Origin: Clostridiales bacterium
GTDB taxonomy: Bacteria > Bacillota > Clostridia > Christensenellales > Borkfalkiaceae
Reading direction: 5' to 3'
Assembly: GCA_021635425.1 (NCBI GenBank)
Contig: JAJWOJ010000001.1
Location: forward strand, 1 to 41,711
DNA: 41,711 nucleotides
Below, one piece after another: positions 16,974 to 24,787 of the stretch; the first letter of the stretch is position 1, and the number at the start of each line of letters is the position of its first letter. A model generated the notes under the pieces. The model saw only the letters and a program-made list of their open reading frames with translations, did not search any database and was not told the origin of the DNA. Both the position numbers and the translations under genes were made by a program.

Positions 16974-19754
16974 ATGAACAACATTTCAGAGATATTGAAA
17001 AATGCCGATTTAAAGGCTTTTAAACCCGTTCCGTTCTGGAGTATAAACTCGAAACTCGAACGGGACGAAATAGAGCGGCAGATTTCCGAAATGAAAAATT
17101 TCGGACTCGGCGGCTTCATATTCCACGCAAGGGCGGGACTTGAAACGCCGTATCTTTCGGACGAGTGGTTCGATATGGTAAAAGTCGCTCTCGAAAAGGC
17201 GAAAGAACTCGGTCTTAAAGTCTGGTTGTACGACGAGTACGGCTGGCCGAGCGGTTTTGTCGGCGGTAAACTTTTAAAGGACGAAAAAAACCGCGCGGGA
17301 TTTCTTCGCTATGAGGTGAAGCCCGATTTCGACGATTCGGCGTTTGCCGTTTTTGTCAGACGCGGCGATGATTTCGTGCGCATCGAAGCAGCCGTTTCGG
17401 GCGAAAAGGAATATCACACGATAAATAAATTGCTTTCGGACGCATATTGTGATATACTTAATCCGCGCGTTATCGACCTTTTCATAAATGAAACGCACGA
17501 AAAGTATTACGAAAGGTTTAAAAACTCGTTCGGAAAAGAACTTGCGGGCTTTTTTACCGACGAACCGCAATATTATCGTTACGAAACGCCGATATCCGCC
17601 GTTTGCGAAGATGAGTTTTACAAGGCGTACGGCGAAAATCTGAAAGACGGACTTATCCGGCTTTTCGTGCAGAACGAAAAAGGTTATCCGTTCAGAGTTA
17701 AATATTATAATCTTTTAAACAAATTATATTGCGAAAATTACTATAAACGGCTATACGATTAGTGCGATAGTCACGGAATTCTGCTCACGGGGCATAGCGT
17801 TGAGGAAACGTTTTTCTTCACGCAGATGTGGGGCGGAGCGGACTGCGCGACGAGCTACCTTTACGAGCATATCCCTGCGATAGACAACTTAGCGCGCGAC
17901 GGCACGGCGGAAATTTCCGCAAAATCGATAGGTTCGGTCGCGGCGCAGACGGGAAAGAAACTTGTGCTGACCGAAACGTTCGGTTGTTCGGGTTACGGCG
18001 TAACGCCTAAGGAGCTTAAACTGATAGCGGATAAACAGTACGTTTACGGCGTGGACCTTATGTGTCAGCACCTTTATAACTACACGTTCTCGAAACTCGG
18101 CAAGATAGATTGTCCGCCGTCGTTCGGCAGAATCATGCCGTGGAAGTCCTTCTATAAGTCGTTTAACGGCTATTTTTCAAAACTCGGATATATGATTGCG
18201 AATTCGGAAGAAAAAACCGAAGTCGCCGTCGTAACGCCTATGGAGAGTATTTATCTCGACTATTTAAGGCTTAGCGAAGACAAATCGAGAACGGAAGTCG
18301 ACGTGCCGTTTATCGGGCTTTTATCCGAACTCAAAAAACGTGGCGTTTCTTACCACTTCATAAACGAGAAGATAGCCGAAAAACTCGGGCGCGTAGAAAA
18401 CGGCAAACTTATAATCGGCGAAAAGAGTTATTCGCAGGTTGTTTTAAACCCCGCAAAGGAAATGAAAAGCTCAACGCTTTCTCTTTTGAAAGAGTTTTCG
18501 GCAGAGGGCGGCGAGATTTTCGGCAGAACTTTGCCCGAATTTATAGACGGAAAGAGGGCGGAAGTCACCCTTCCTCTCGTATCCGATTTCGATAGACTCA
18601 AAAAGCCGACCGAGATAGCGTTCGACGGCGAACCGTCGTATTCATACAGAACAATTGACGGGCGAGAATTCGTTTTCGTCGTCAACGAGAGCGAAAAACC
18701 CGTAACGATGACGACAAAAGAGAAGTTTTCTGCTTATGATCTGACTATCGGCGAAGCGGGCGAATATCACGGCGGTAAAACGAAAAATATTATTTCTGCA
18801 CGTTCGGGCATGATCTTTGAACTCGGCGATATCGGCAATAGCGAAGATTTGTCGCTTTTTTCGGCGATTGTTCCCGAGTACGTTTCGGCGGACGAAAATA
18901 CTCTGGTTATTGATAACGTTACCGTTAAAACGGAGAACGGAAGAACCTTCGAAGGTTATTTTCACGGCGTTTACGAGCGACTCGTAAAATCGGGGTTCTG
19001 CGGAAAAGCCGAGGTTTTCTTTAAGTTCATAAGCGACGAAAGTTATCCCGCAAAACTCATAATCGAAAAGCAAAAGACGGGCTATAAGTCGTTTAACGGC
19101 GAAAAACTTAATTTTAAACAGTCTGAAAACGATATAGGATACGAGTATTCGGATATAAACATAAAAAGAGGTGAGAATGTTCTCTCGTATACGATAGATT
19201 TCGAGGACGGCGAAAGAGTGGGTAAAATTCTTTACGACCCGACCGTTCCCGAAAGTTTGCGTAACTGCATCGCATACGAAACGGGTATCGAGCAGATTTT
19301 CGTCCGTGGAGATTTCGACTGCGAAAACGGAAAGATTGTCGCAAAAAAGCGCAAGGTTGCGGGCAATCTGACTTCGCAGGGGCTTGAAAATTTTTTCGGC
19401 AAAGCTGTTTATACTTTCGATTACGATTTCGACGGTACACCCGTCAGGTTTGCTCCGAAGGGAGATTTCACGGCGTGCGCGCTGACGATTGACGGCAAAA
19501 ATTACGAAGTATTGCTGACGGACGGCGTTACCGTTAGGGGGGTAAGCGGCAAAAAGACAGTGACCGTCGAATGTTATTCGTCGCTCAGAAACCTGTACGG
19601 ACCTTTCTATTTCAAAGGAAGAGAAGAGAGCGGCGTGGGCAGCGACGCATTCACCCTTCGCGGCGGCTGGAACGACGACGGAACGAACAAAGATTACGAC
19701 GGGCAAAAAAGACTTATACCTTTCGGGATTAAAGATATATCGGTTTTGCGATAA
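16974..19754 (+). pseudogene. GH106-like (alpha-L-rhamnosidase-like) glycoside hydrolase interrupted by a single in-frame TAG at 17760-17762
   Basis: ORFs 16974-17762 and 17826-19754 are in the same frame. Translating through the gap gives ...LYCENYYKRLYD*CDSHGILLTGHSVEE. This aligns without gaps to the intact paralog (24788-27367), ...LFCDNFISPITQWCERHGLESTGHFYGEE, so TAG sits where the paralog has Trp (TGG). The N-terminus FWSINSKLERDEIERQISEMKNFGLGGFIFHARAGL...KVWLYDEYGWPSGFVGG matches the paralog. Confidence 0.75.
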
Positions 19755-19842
19755 AAAATTTCGCGTTATTGTTAAAAGAAAATTGCGGGGCGGCGTTTAC
19801 GTTCCCGTAAAAAATAAAAACAAATAAGGAGTTTAAGGAAAA

Positions 19843-20415
19843 ATGAAGACAGTTAAAGACAAATATCTTGTAGTAGGCGCGGATTTCGCGGGATTCCCTC
19901 TTAAAGAGGCGGTTGTAGCTCACCTCGAAAAGAAAGGTTGGAAGATTCTCGACATGGGCGTTAAAAAGGACAGCGACCCCAACGATACCGATCTTATGTT
20001 CCACAGAGTGGGTCTTCGCGTAGGCGCGATGATTTCGGAAGGCGAGTATGAAAGAGCGCTTCTGTTCTGCGGAACGGGTATGGGAATCCATATCGCGGCG
20101 AGCAAATGCCCCCACGTTCACGCGGGCGTTGTGGAAAGCGTTCCCGCGGCGAGAAGAGCAATTACGGGTAACGGCGTAAACGTTCTTGCGATGGGCGCGT
20201 TTTACGTCGCTCCCGCAATGGGTTGCGATATTGCCGACGCCTACCTTTCGGCGACTCTCGGTTCCGATCAGACCTGGTGGCATAATTTCTACGAGTTCCA
20301 TAAGCTCGCTATAGACGAACTCGAAGCGTTTAATTACGACGAGTATAAGAAAAACGGTTTCAAAGTCAACAAACTCGGCGACTACGACCTTGTTTTAGAG
20401 GATAAACCCGAATAA
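19843..20415 (+). CDS. RpiB/LacA/LacB-family sugar-phosphate isomerase with a ~40-aa C-terminal extension
   Basis: SD is AAGGAG. Motifs are LVVGADFAGFPLKEAVVAHLEKKGWKILDMG and LFCGTGMGIHIAASKCPHVHAGVVESVPAARRAITGNGVNVLAMG. Confidence 0.8.
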   Translation: MKTVKDKYLVVGADFAGFPLKEAVVAHLEKKGWKILDMGVKKDSDPNDTDLMFHRVGLRVGAMISEGEYERALLFCGTGMGIHIAASKCPHVHAGVVESVPAARRAITGNGVNVLAMGAFYVAPAMGCDIADAYLSATLGSDQTWWHNFYEFHKLAIDELEAFNYDEYKKNGFKVNKLGDYDLVLEDKPE

Positions 20416-20417
20416 TT

Positions 20418-21152
20418 ATGGAAGAAATACTATCCGATACGATAAAATTAGATAAAAAGGGAACGGGCGTTTTAATGATCGCGCACAGGGGACTTTCGGG
20501 GCTTGAAACCGAAAACACGGAGTGCGCTTTCGTCGCCGCGGGAAACAGAAGTTATTACGGCATAGAAACGGACGTTCACTTTACCAAAGACGGCAAGTAC
20601 GTAATCAGTCACGACGGTAATTTAAGTCGTGTTTTCGGTAAGAACATCGAAATTAAGGACTATTTATACGAAGATTTGCGTAAAGTCAGAAAAATCGAGA
20701 AGGGCGATACGGTGGAGTATATGGCTGTTCCGACTTTGAGGGAGTACTTCGACGTTTGCAGGCGTTACGGCAAGAAAAGCGTCCTCGAGCTTAAAGTGGA
20801 ATACACCGACGAGCAACTCAAAGAGATTATAGAAATAGCGAAAGAGGAAAAGCAGTTTGAGAACGTCATTTTTATATCGTTTTTCCCCGACAATATGATT
20901 CGTCTGAGAAAGATATTGCCGAACCATCCGCTCCAACTTCTGACAGGACCGATAAATTCTGGGATTATGGATATATGCGAGAGCAATTCGCTTGAAATCG
21001 ACGCCGACTATATGTCTTTAAACGAGGAGAATATTGCCGAACTCAAACGCCGCGGCATAAAAATCAACTGTTGGATAGTGAACGACCTCGAGCATGCGGA
21101 AAAACTTGTTTCCCGGGGCGTAGATTTTATTACTACGAACATTCTCGAATAA
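20418..21152 (+). CDS. Cytoplasmic glycerophosphodiester phosphodiesterase (GDPD) family protein
   Basis: Carries MIAHRGLSGLETENTECAF and YGIETDVHFTKDGKYVISHDGNL. No signal peptide; 244 aa. Confidence 0.85.
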   Translation: MEEILSDTIKLDKKGTGVLMIAHRGLSGLETENTECAFVAAGNRSYYGIETDVHFTKDGKYVISHDGNLSRVFGKNIEIKDYLYEDLRKVRKIEKGDTVEYMAVPTLREYFDVCRRYGKKSVLELKVEYTDEQLKEIIEIAKEEKQFENVIFISFFPDNMIRLRKILPNHPLQLLTGPINSGIMDICESNSLEIDADYMSLNEENIAELKRRGIKINCWIVNDLEHAEKLVSRGVDFITTNILE

Positions 21153-21234
21153 ATTATAAAAAACGAAAAACGCGTCGTTTATCGATAACGGTTCTATTTA
21201 ATGAAATTACCGTTTATCGGCGCGAAAACAAAGA

Positions 21235-21273
21235 CAGTCGGCGCGTGTTAAAGCGTCGGCTGTTTTATATTTT
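21235..21273 (+). terminator. Rho-independent terminator (first of two in tandem)
   Basis: CAGTCGGCGC (21235-21244) pairs with GCGTCGGCTG (21253-21262), giving a 10-bp stem with two G:U pairs and an 8-nt loop. TTTTATATTTT follows. Confidence 0.6.
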
Positions 21274-21330
21274 CGGGCGTTAATATATAGCGGGTGTGAA
21301 TTCCGAAACAGAGCAAAGCGCGATAATAAA

Positions 21331-21371
21331 ACGGGCGGAACCCGAAAAACAGGTTCTGTTCGTTTTTTTTT
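21331..21371 (+). terminator. Rho-independent terminator (second, strong U-tract)
   Basis: ACGGGCGGAACC (21331-21342) pairs with GGTTCTGTTCGT (21352-21363), giving a 12-bp stem with three G:U pairs. A T9 run follows. The G:U pairs make it plus-strand specific. Confidence 0.7.
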
Positions 21372-21410
21372 GTCCGAAATTAAGACACAATGGCATGCGG
21401 GCGGAATATA

Positions 21411-22205
21411 TCACTGTTTTTTCCGATAGTTCAGAGGCGATATGCCTATTTGTTTTTTAAAAACGATGCCAAGATAATTAGCCGAGGGAAATCCGCATAA
21501 TTCCGCAATTTCGCTTACGTTTTTATCGGTTGACGAAAGATACATTTTCGCTTTGTTAAGCCTTGTGTATACGGCGTATTGAATGGGCGAACAGTTCATT
21601 TGTTCGCGGAACCTTTTGCAAAGAGTGTTCTTCGATAAATAGAAGGTTTTTGCAAGACCGTCGAGCGTGAGTTTTTGCTGATATTCTTTGTTTATGTAAG
21701 CTACGATCTGAAGAACGAGCGTGTCGGAATGTTTAGGCGAATTAAGCGTTCCCGTCGGCTGCAACGGGCTGAGCATTTGCGTTTGCATATACGCGATAAC
21801 GGTTTTTGTGCAGGATAATATAAAATTACGTTTTTTCGCAGCGTCCGCGGTTTCTACTTCGGACGCTTCTTTCAGAAGCGGTAAAATAAATTGCAGTTGT
21901 TTGCTATTAAAAAGGAAAGCTCCGTGTTCGCCCGCAGTCTGAAGAAAAGAGTTTTCCGAGTCCGTCAATAAATTTTTGCTTACGTACAAGTTGATACGAT
22001 CGTATGCTTCGCCCTCCGTTTTGTGCATATAAAACGGCGGAATAATGCAAAACGATCCGCTTTGAAGCAGAAACAGTTTGCTCTCTATGAAAAAAGCTCT
22101 TTCACCCGATAACAAGAAATATAATTCATAATAATCGTGAAATTGCGTATACGACATGTTGAATGCCTTCGTTTCGTTGCGACGTTCGATTTCAAGAAAT
22201 TCCAT
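21411..22205 (-). CDS. AraC/XylS-family transcriptional regulator
   Basis: 264 aa with a cupin-like N-domain (YYELYFLLSGERAFFIE...FCIIPPFYMHKTEG). The C-terminal HTH pair is LSKNTLCKRFREQMNCSPIQYAVYTRLNKAKMYLSSTDKNVSEIAELCGFPSANYLGIVFKKQIGISPLNYRK. It is divergent from nagA. Confidence 0.9.
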   Translation of the reverse strand: MEFLEIERRNETKAFNMSYTQFHDYYELYFLLSGERAFFIESKLFLLQSGSFCIIPPFYMHKTEGEAYDRINLYVSKNLLTDSENSFLQTAGEHGAFLFNSKQLQFILPLLKEASEVETADAAKKRNFILSCTKTVIAYMQTQMLSPLQPTGTLNSPKHSDTLVLQIVAYINKEYQQKLTLDGLAKTFYLSKNTLCKRFREQMNCSPIQYAVYTRLNKAKMYLSSTDKNVSEIAELCGFPSANYLGIVFKKQIGISPLNYRKKQ

Positions 22206-22214
22206 AACGATTAA

Positions 22215-22243
22215 ATATTACCGCAACGAAAAAGAAAAGTCAA
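22215..22243 (-). promoter_or_regulatory. Candidate sigma-A promoter of the second AraC gene, predicting a near-leaderless mRNA
   Basis: The minus strand reads TTGACT (22243-22238), 17-nt spacer, TAATAT (22220-22215), 9 nt, then ATG (22205). No SD is present. Confidence 0.5.
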
Positions 22244-22294
22244 TCAAATTTGGTACGATATATGTAATTTTTTCGTTTTCGGGTCGATTTAATA

Positions 22295-22323
22295 TTGAAA
22301 AAAGCAAATTTGTTTGGTAAAAT
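22295..22323 (+). promoter_or_regulatory. Candidate sigma-A promoter of the nagA operon, predicting a near-leaderless mRNA
   Basis: TTGAAA (22295-22300), a 17-nt spacer ending in TGg (extended -10), TAAAAT (22318-22323), 9 nt, then ATG 22333. There is no SD before nagA. Confidence 0.5.
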
Positions 22324-22332
22324 TAAATTAAG

Positions 22333-23502
22333 ATGATAAAACAGATAGTGAACGTAAAAGCCGTTTTGCCCGGCGGAATTTTATCCGGCGCAACTGTGGC
22401 TTTTGAAAACGAGAAAATAGTTTATATCGGAAAAGACAAACGCGTCGGCGCAGAAACTTCGGACGGACGCGGAGCGTTTTTGTTTGCGGGGTTTGTGGAT
22501 ATTCACTGCCACGGAGGCGCGGGTTACGATTTTATGGACGCGTCGGCGGACGAAATGGAGAAAATAGCGAACTTTCATCTTTCTCACGGAAGTACGACGA
22601 TAGTCCCGACCACGATGACCGATTCGTGGGAGCATATTTATTCCGCTCTGGACGGAATCGCGGAATATTATAAAACCGCGCGCGATTCGGTTCTGCGCGG
22701 CGCTCATATCGAAGGCCCGTGGCTTTCGCCTGAGCAGTGCGGCGCGCAATCTCCCGAAAAAATGGATTTGCCGACCGTGGATAAATTTTGCGCGCTTATC
22801 GAAAGGTATCCGTTTATAAGCAGAATAAGCGTTGCGCCGGAACTTGAAAACGGCATGGCTGTGGGGAAAATTGCCGACGAAAAGGGCGTAATTGCTTCGG
22901 TTGCCCATACCGACGCCGATTTCGACACGGTGATCGAAGCCGCGGGTAACGGATATTCGCTTATGACGCATCTGTATTCGGGAATGGCGGGAGTTACGCG
23001 GAAAAACGCTTTCAGAGTGGCTGGCGCGGTGGAAGCGGGGCTTTACGACGACAGACTGAACGTCGAAATCATTGCCGACGGAAGGCATTTACCGACGGGA
23101 TTGTTGAAGTTGATATATAAATGTAAAGGCGCGGACAAAATATGTCTTATAACCGACGCGATGCGCGCGGCGGGATTGCGCGACGGCGAAGAATCGATTT
23201 TAGGCAGAAAGGATTGCGGGCTTCCCGTTATCGTCGAAGACGAAGTTGCGAAAACCCGTGACAGGCAAAGTTTCGCGGGCAGCGTGGCGACGACGGACAG
23301 GCTCGTAAGGGTAATGCTTTCGGCGGGGATCGATCCGGTAAACGTAAGCAAAATGGCATCCGCAACGCCCGCAAGAGTTATGGGGCTGACCGATCGCGGT
23401 ACGATCGAGGTCGGCAAAAGAGCGGATTTCGTTTTAATGAACGCTCAAACGGAAGTTCTGAAAGTTATTCGCGGCGGCGAAACGGTATTCGGCAAGGAGT
23501 AG
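22333..23502 (+). CDS. nagA: N-acetylglucosamine-6-phosphate deacetylase
   Basis: Amidohydrolase/NagA motifs are present: GFVDIHCHGGAGYDFMD, HIEGPWLSPEQCGAQ, SVAPE, VAHTDAD, THLYSGM, EIIADGRHL and LITDAMRAAG. It ends with TAG. Confidence 0.85.
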   Translation: MIKQIVNVKAVLPGGILSGATVAFENEKIVYIGKDKRVGAETSDGRGAFLFAGFVDIHCHGGAGYDFMDASADEMEKIANFHLSHGSTTIVPTTMTDSWEHIYSALDGIAEYYKTARDSVLRGAHIEGPWLSPEQCGAQSPEKMDLPTVDKFCALIERYPFISRISVAPELENGMAVGKIADEKGVIASVAHTDADFDTVIEAAGNGYSLMTHLYSGMAGVTRKNAFRVAGAVEAGLYDDRLNVEIIADGRHLPTGLLKLIYKCKGADKICLITDAMRAAGLRDGEESILGRKDCGLPVIVEDEVAKTRDRQSFAGSVATTDRLVRVMLSAGIDPVNVSKMASATPARVMGLTDRGTIEVGKRADFVLMNAQTEVLKVIRGGETVFGKE

Positions 23503-23505
23503 AAT

Positions 23506-24723
23506 ATGAAAAAATACGTTATTGCGGGCGCAAGCGTCCGTTGTTACATGATGTTTGTTACGAGATTGGTCGAAGATTATTCCGACTCGGTTAAAATCAC
23601 GGGAGTTTACGATATAAATAAAACGCGGTGCAGAGTTTTCAAGGATAAAATAGGCGACTCATGCACCATTTATGACGATTTTGACGAAATGCTGGATAAA
23701 GAGCGCCCGGACGCGGTTATCGTTACGACGGTTGACAGCGTTCATCACGAATATATAATACGGGCGTTGGATAAAGGCTACGACGTTATTTCCGAGAAGC
23801 CGCTTACGAACACTTTCGAAAGGTGCGCCGAAATAAGAGCGGCGGAAAAACGCAGCGGACGAAAAGTTACCGTAACGTTCAATTGTCGGTTCATGCCCTA
23901 TTTTTACGAGTTGAAAAAACTGATGGCGGCAGGGAGAATAGGCAAGCCGTTGGCGATAAATTACGAATATTGTCTTACGCGCTGGCACGGCGGTGATTAT
24001 TTCAAGCGGTGGCACAGACTTATGAGCAATTCGCAGGGGATGCTGCTCCATAAAAGCACTCACCATTTCGATATAGTAAACTGGTTGACGGGCGACGAAC
24101 CCGAAAAAGTTACCGCTCTTGCCAACAGGGTTTATTACAGCGATAAAACGAAATGTTTCGGCGAGCGTTGCAAAGATTGCACTCATAAAAAAACGTGCGA
24201 ATCGGCTTTGTCTCAGACGGATTCGCTGGATAAGCTATTGTATTTCGACGCAGAAAAAGAGGACGGATATATCCGCGATCGTTGCTGTTTCGACGGGAGC
24301 GGCGATATTTACGACAATATGTCGGTGTCGGTTGCATACCGCGGAGGAACGCTGCTTACTTACACCCTCAATTTGTTTTCGGAACACGAGGGTTACAGAA
24401 TGGTTATAACGGGCGAAAAAGGCGTGATTATAGCCGAGTGCATAGAACACGGATACGGCGTTACGGACAAGTATAACATCGTGATTTTAGACAAAGATTA
24501 TAAAACGGAAACGTTGACTTTCGATAAAGCGGTCGGAACGCACGCGGGCGGCGACGAAAAGCTGATAGCGATGATTTTCGGCGACGAGAAGGACGACGAA
24601 TACGGGCAGCATGCCGACATTTACGCGGGTATGGTTTCCGCAATGATAGGCATTGCCGCAAACGAAAGCATAAAAACGGGCAGGACGATCGACGTAACCG
24701 ATTATCTTAAAGCGTTGAAATAA
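23506..24723 (+). CDS. Gfo/Idh/MocA-family NAD(P)-dependent oxidoreductase with a Cys4 insertion
   Basis: The N-terminal Rossmann region is MKKYVIAGASVR...PDAVIVTTVDSVHHEYIIRALDKGYDVISEKPL (the EKP motif). The insert KCFGERCKDCTHKKTC lies at nt 24154-24198. SD AAGGAG sits within the end of nagA. Confidence 0.8.
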   Translation: MKKYVIAGASVRCYMMFVTRLVEDYSDSVKITGVYDINKTRCRVFKDKIGDSCTIYDDFDEMLDKERPDAVIVTTVDSVHHEYIIRALDKGYDVISEKPLTNTFERCAEIRAAEKRSGRKVTVTFNCRFMPYFYELKKLMAAGRIGKPLAINYEYCLTRWHGGDYFKRWHRLMSNSQGMLLHKSTHHFDIVNWLTGDEPEKVTALANRVYYSDKTKCFGERCKDCTHKKTCESALSQTDSLDKLLYFDAEKEDGYIRDRCCFDGSGDIYDNMSVSVAYRGGTLLTYTLNLFSEHEGYRMVITGEKGVIIAECIEHGYGVTDKYNIVILDKDYKTETLTFDKAVGTHAGGDEKLIAMIFGDEKDDEYGQHADIYAGMVSAMIGIAANESIKTGRTIDVTDYLKALK

Positions 24724-24787
24724 AAATCGGAGAGAAAAGGGGTACCCCTTTCTCGCCTGCGGCGAGAAAATCCCTTAACGGATAAAA

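Noticed and set aside
17760-17762. Reading the in-frame TAG as programmed recoding (pyrrolysine or a reassigned stop).
   Set aside because: TAG ends nagA (23500-23502), and the next gene's SD and start follow directly. No pyl-type genes or PYLIS-like context were seen. The paralog has an ordinary Trp codon at this position. A point mutation or sequencing error is far more likely.
19843-20415. The ~40-aa C-terminal extension on the RpiB/LacAB-type isomerase as a possible novel fusion.
   Set aside because: The extension is short, has no recognisable motif and may simply reflect subfamily variation. The sequence alone cannot show otherwise.
21071-21283. 70-aa plus-strand ORF spanning the end of the cytoplasmic GDPD gene and the terminator region.
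   Set aside because: It is out of frame with the GDPD C-terminus, has an R/K-rich translation and runs through the terminator hairpin at 21235-21273. It has no SD.
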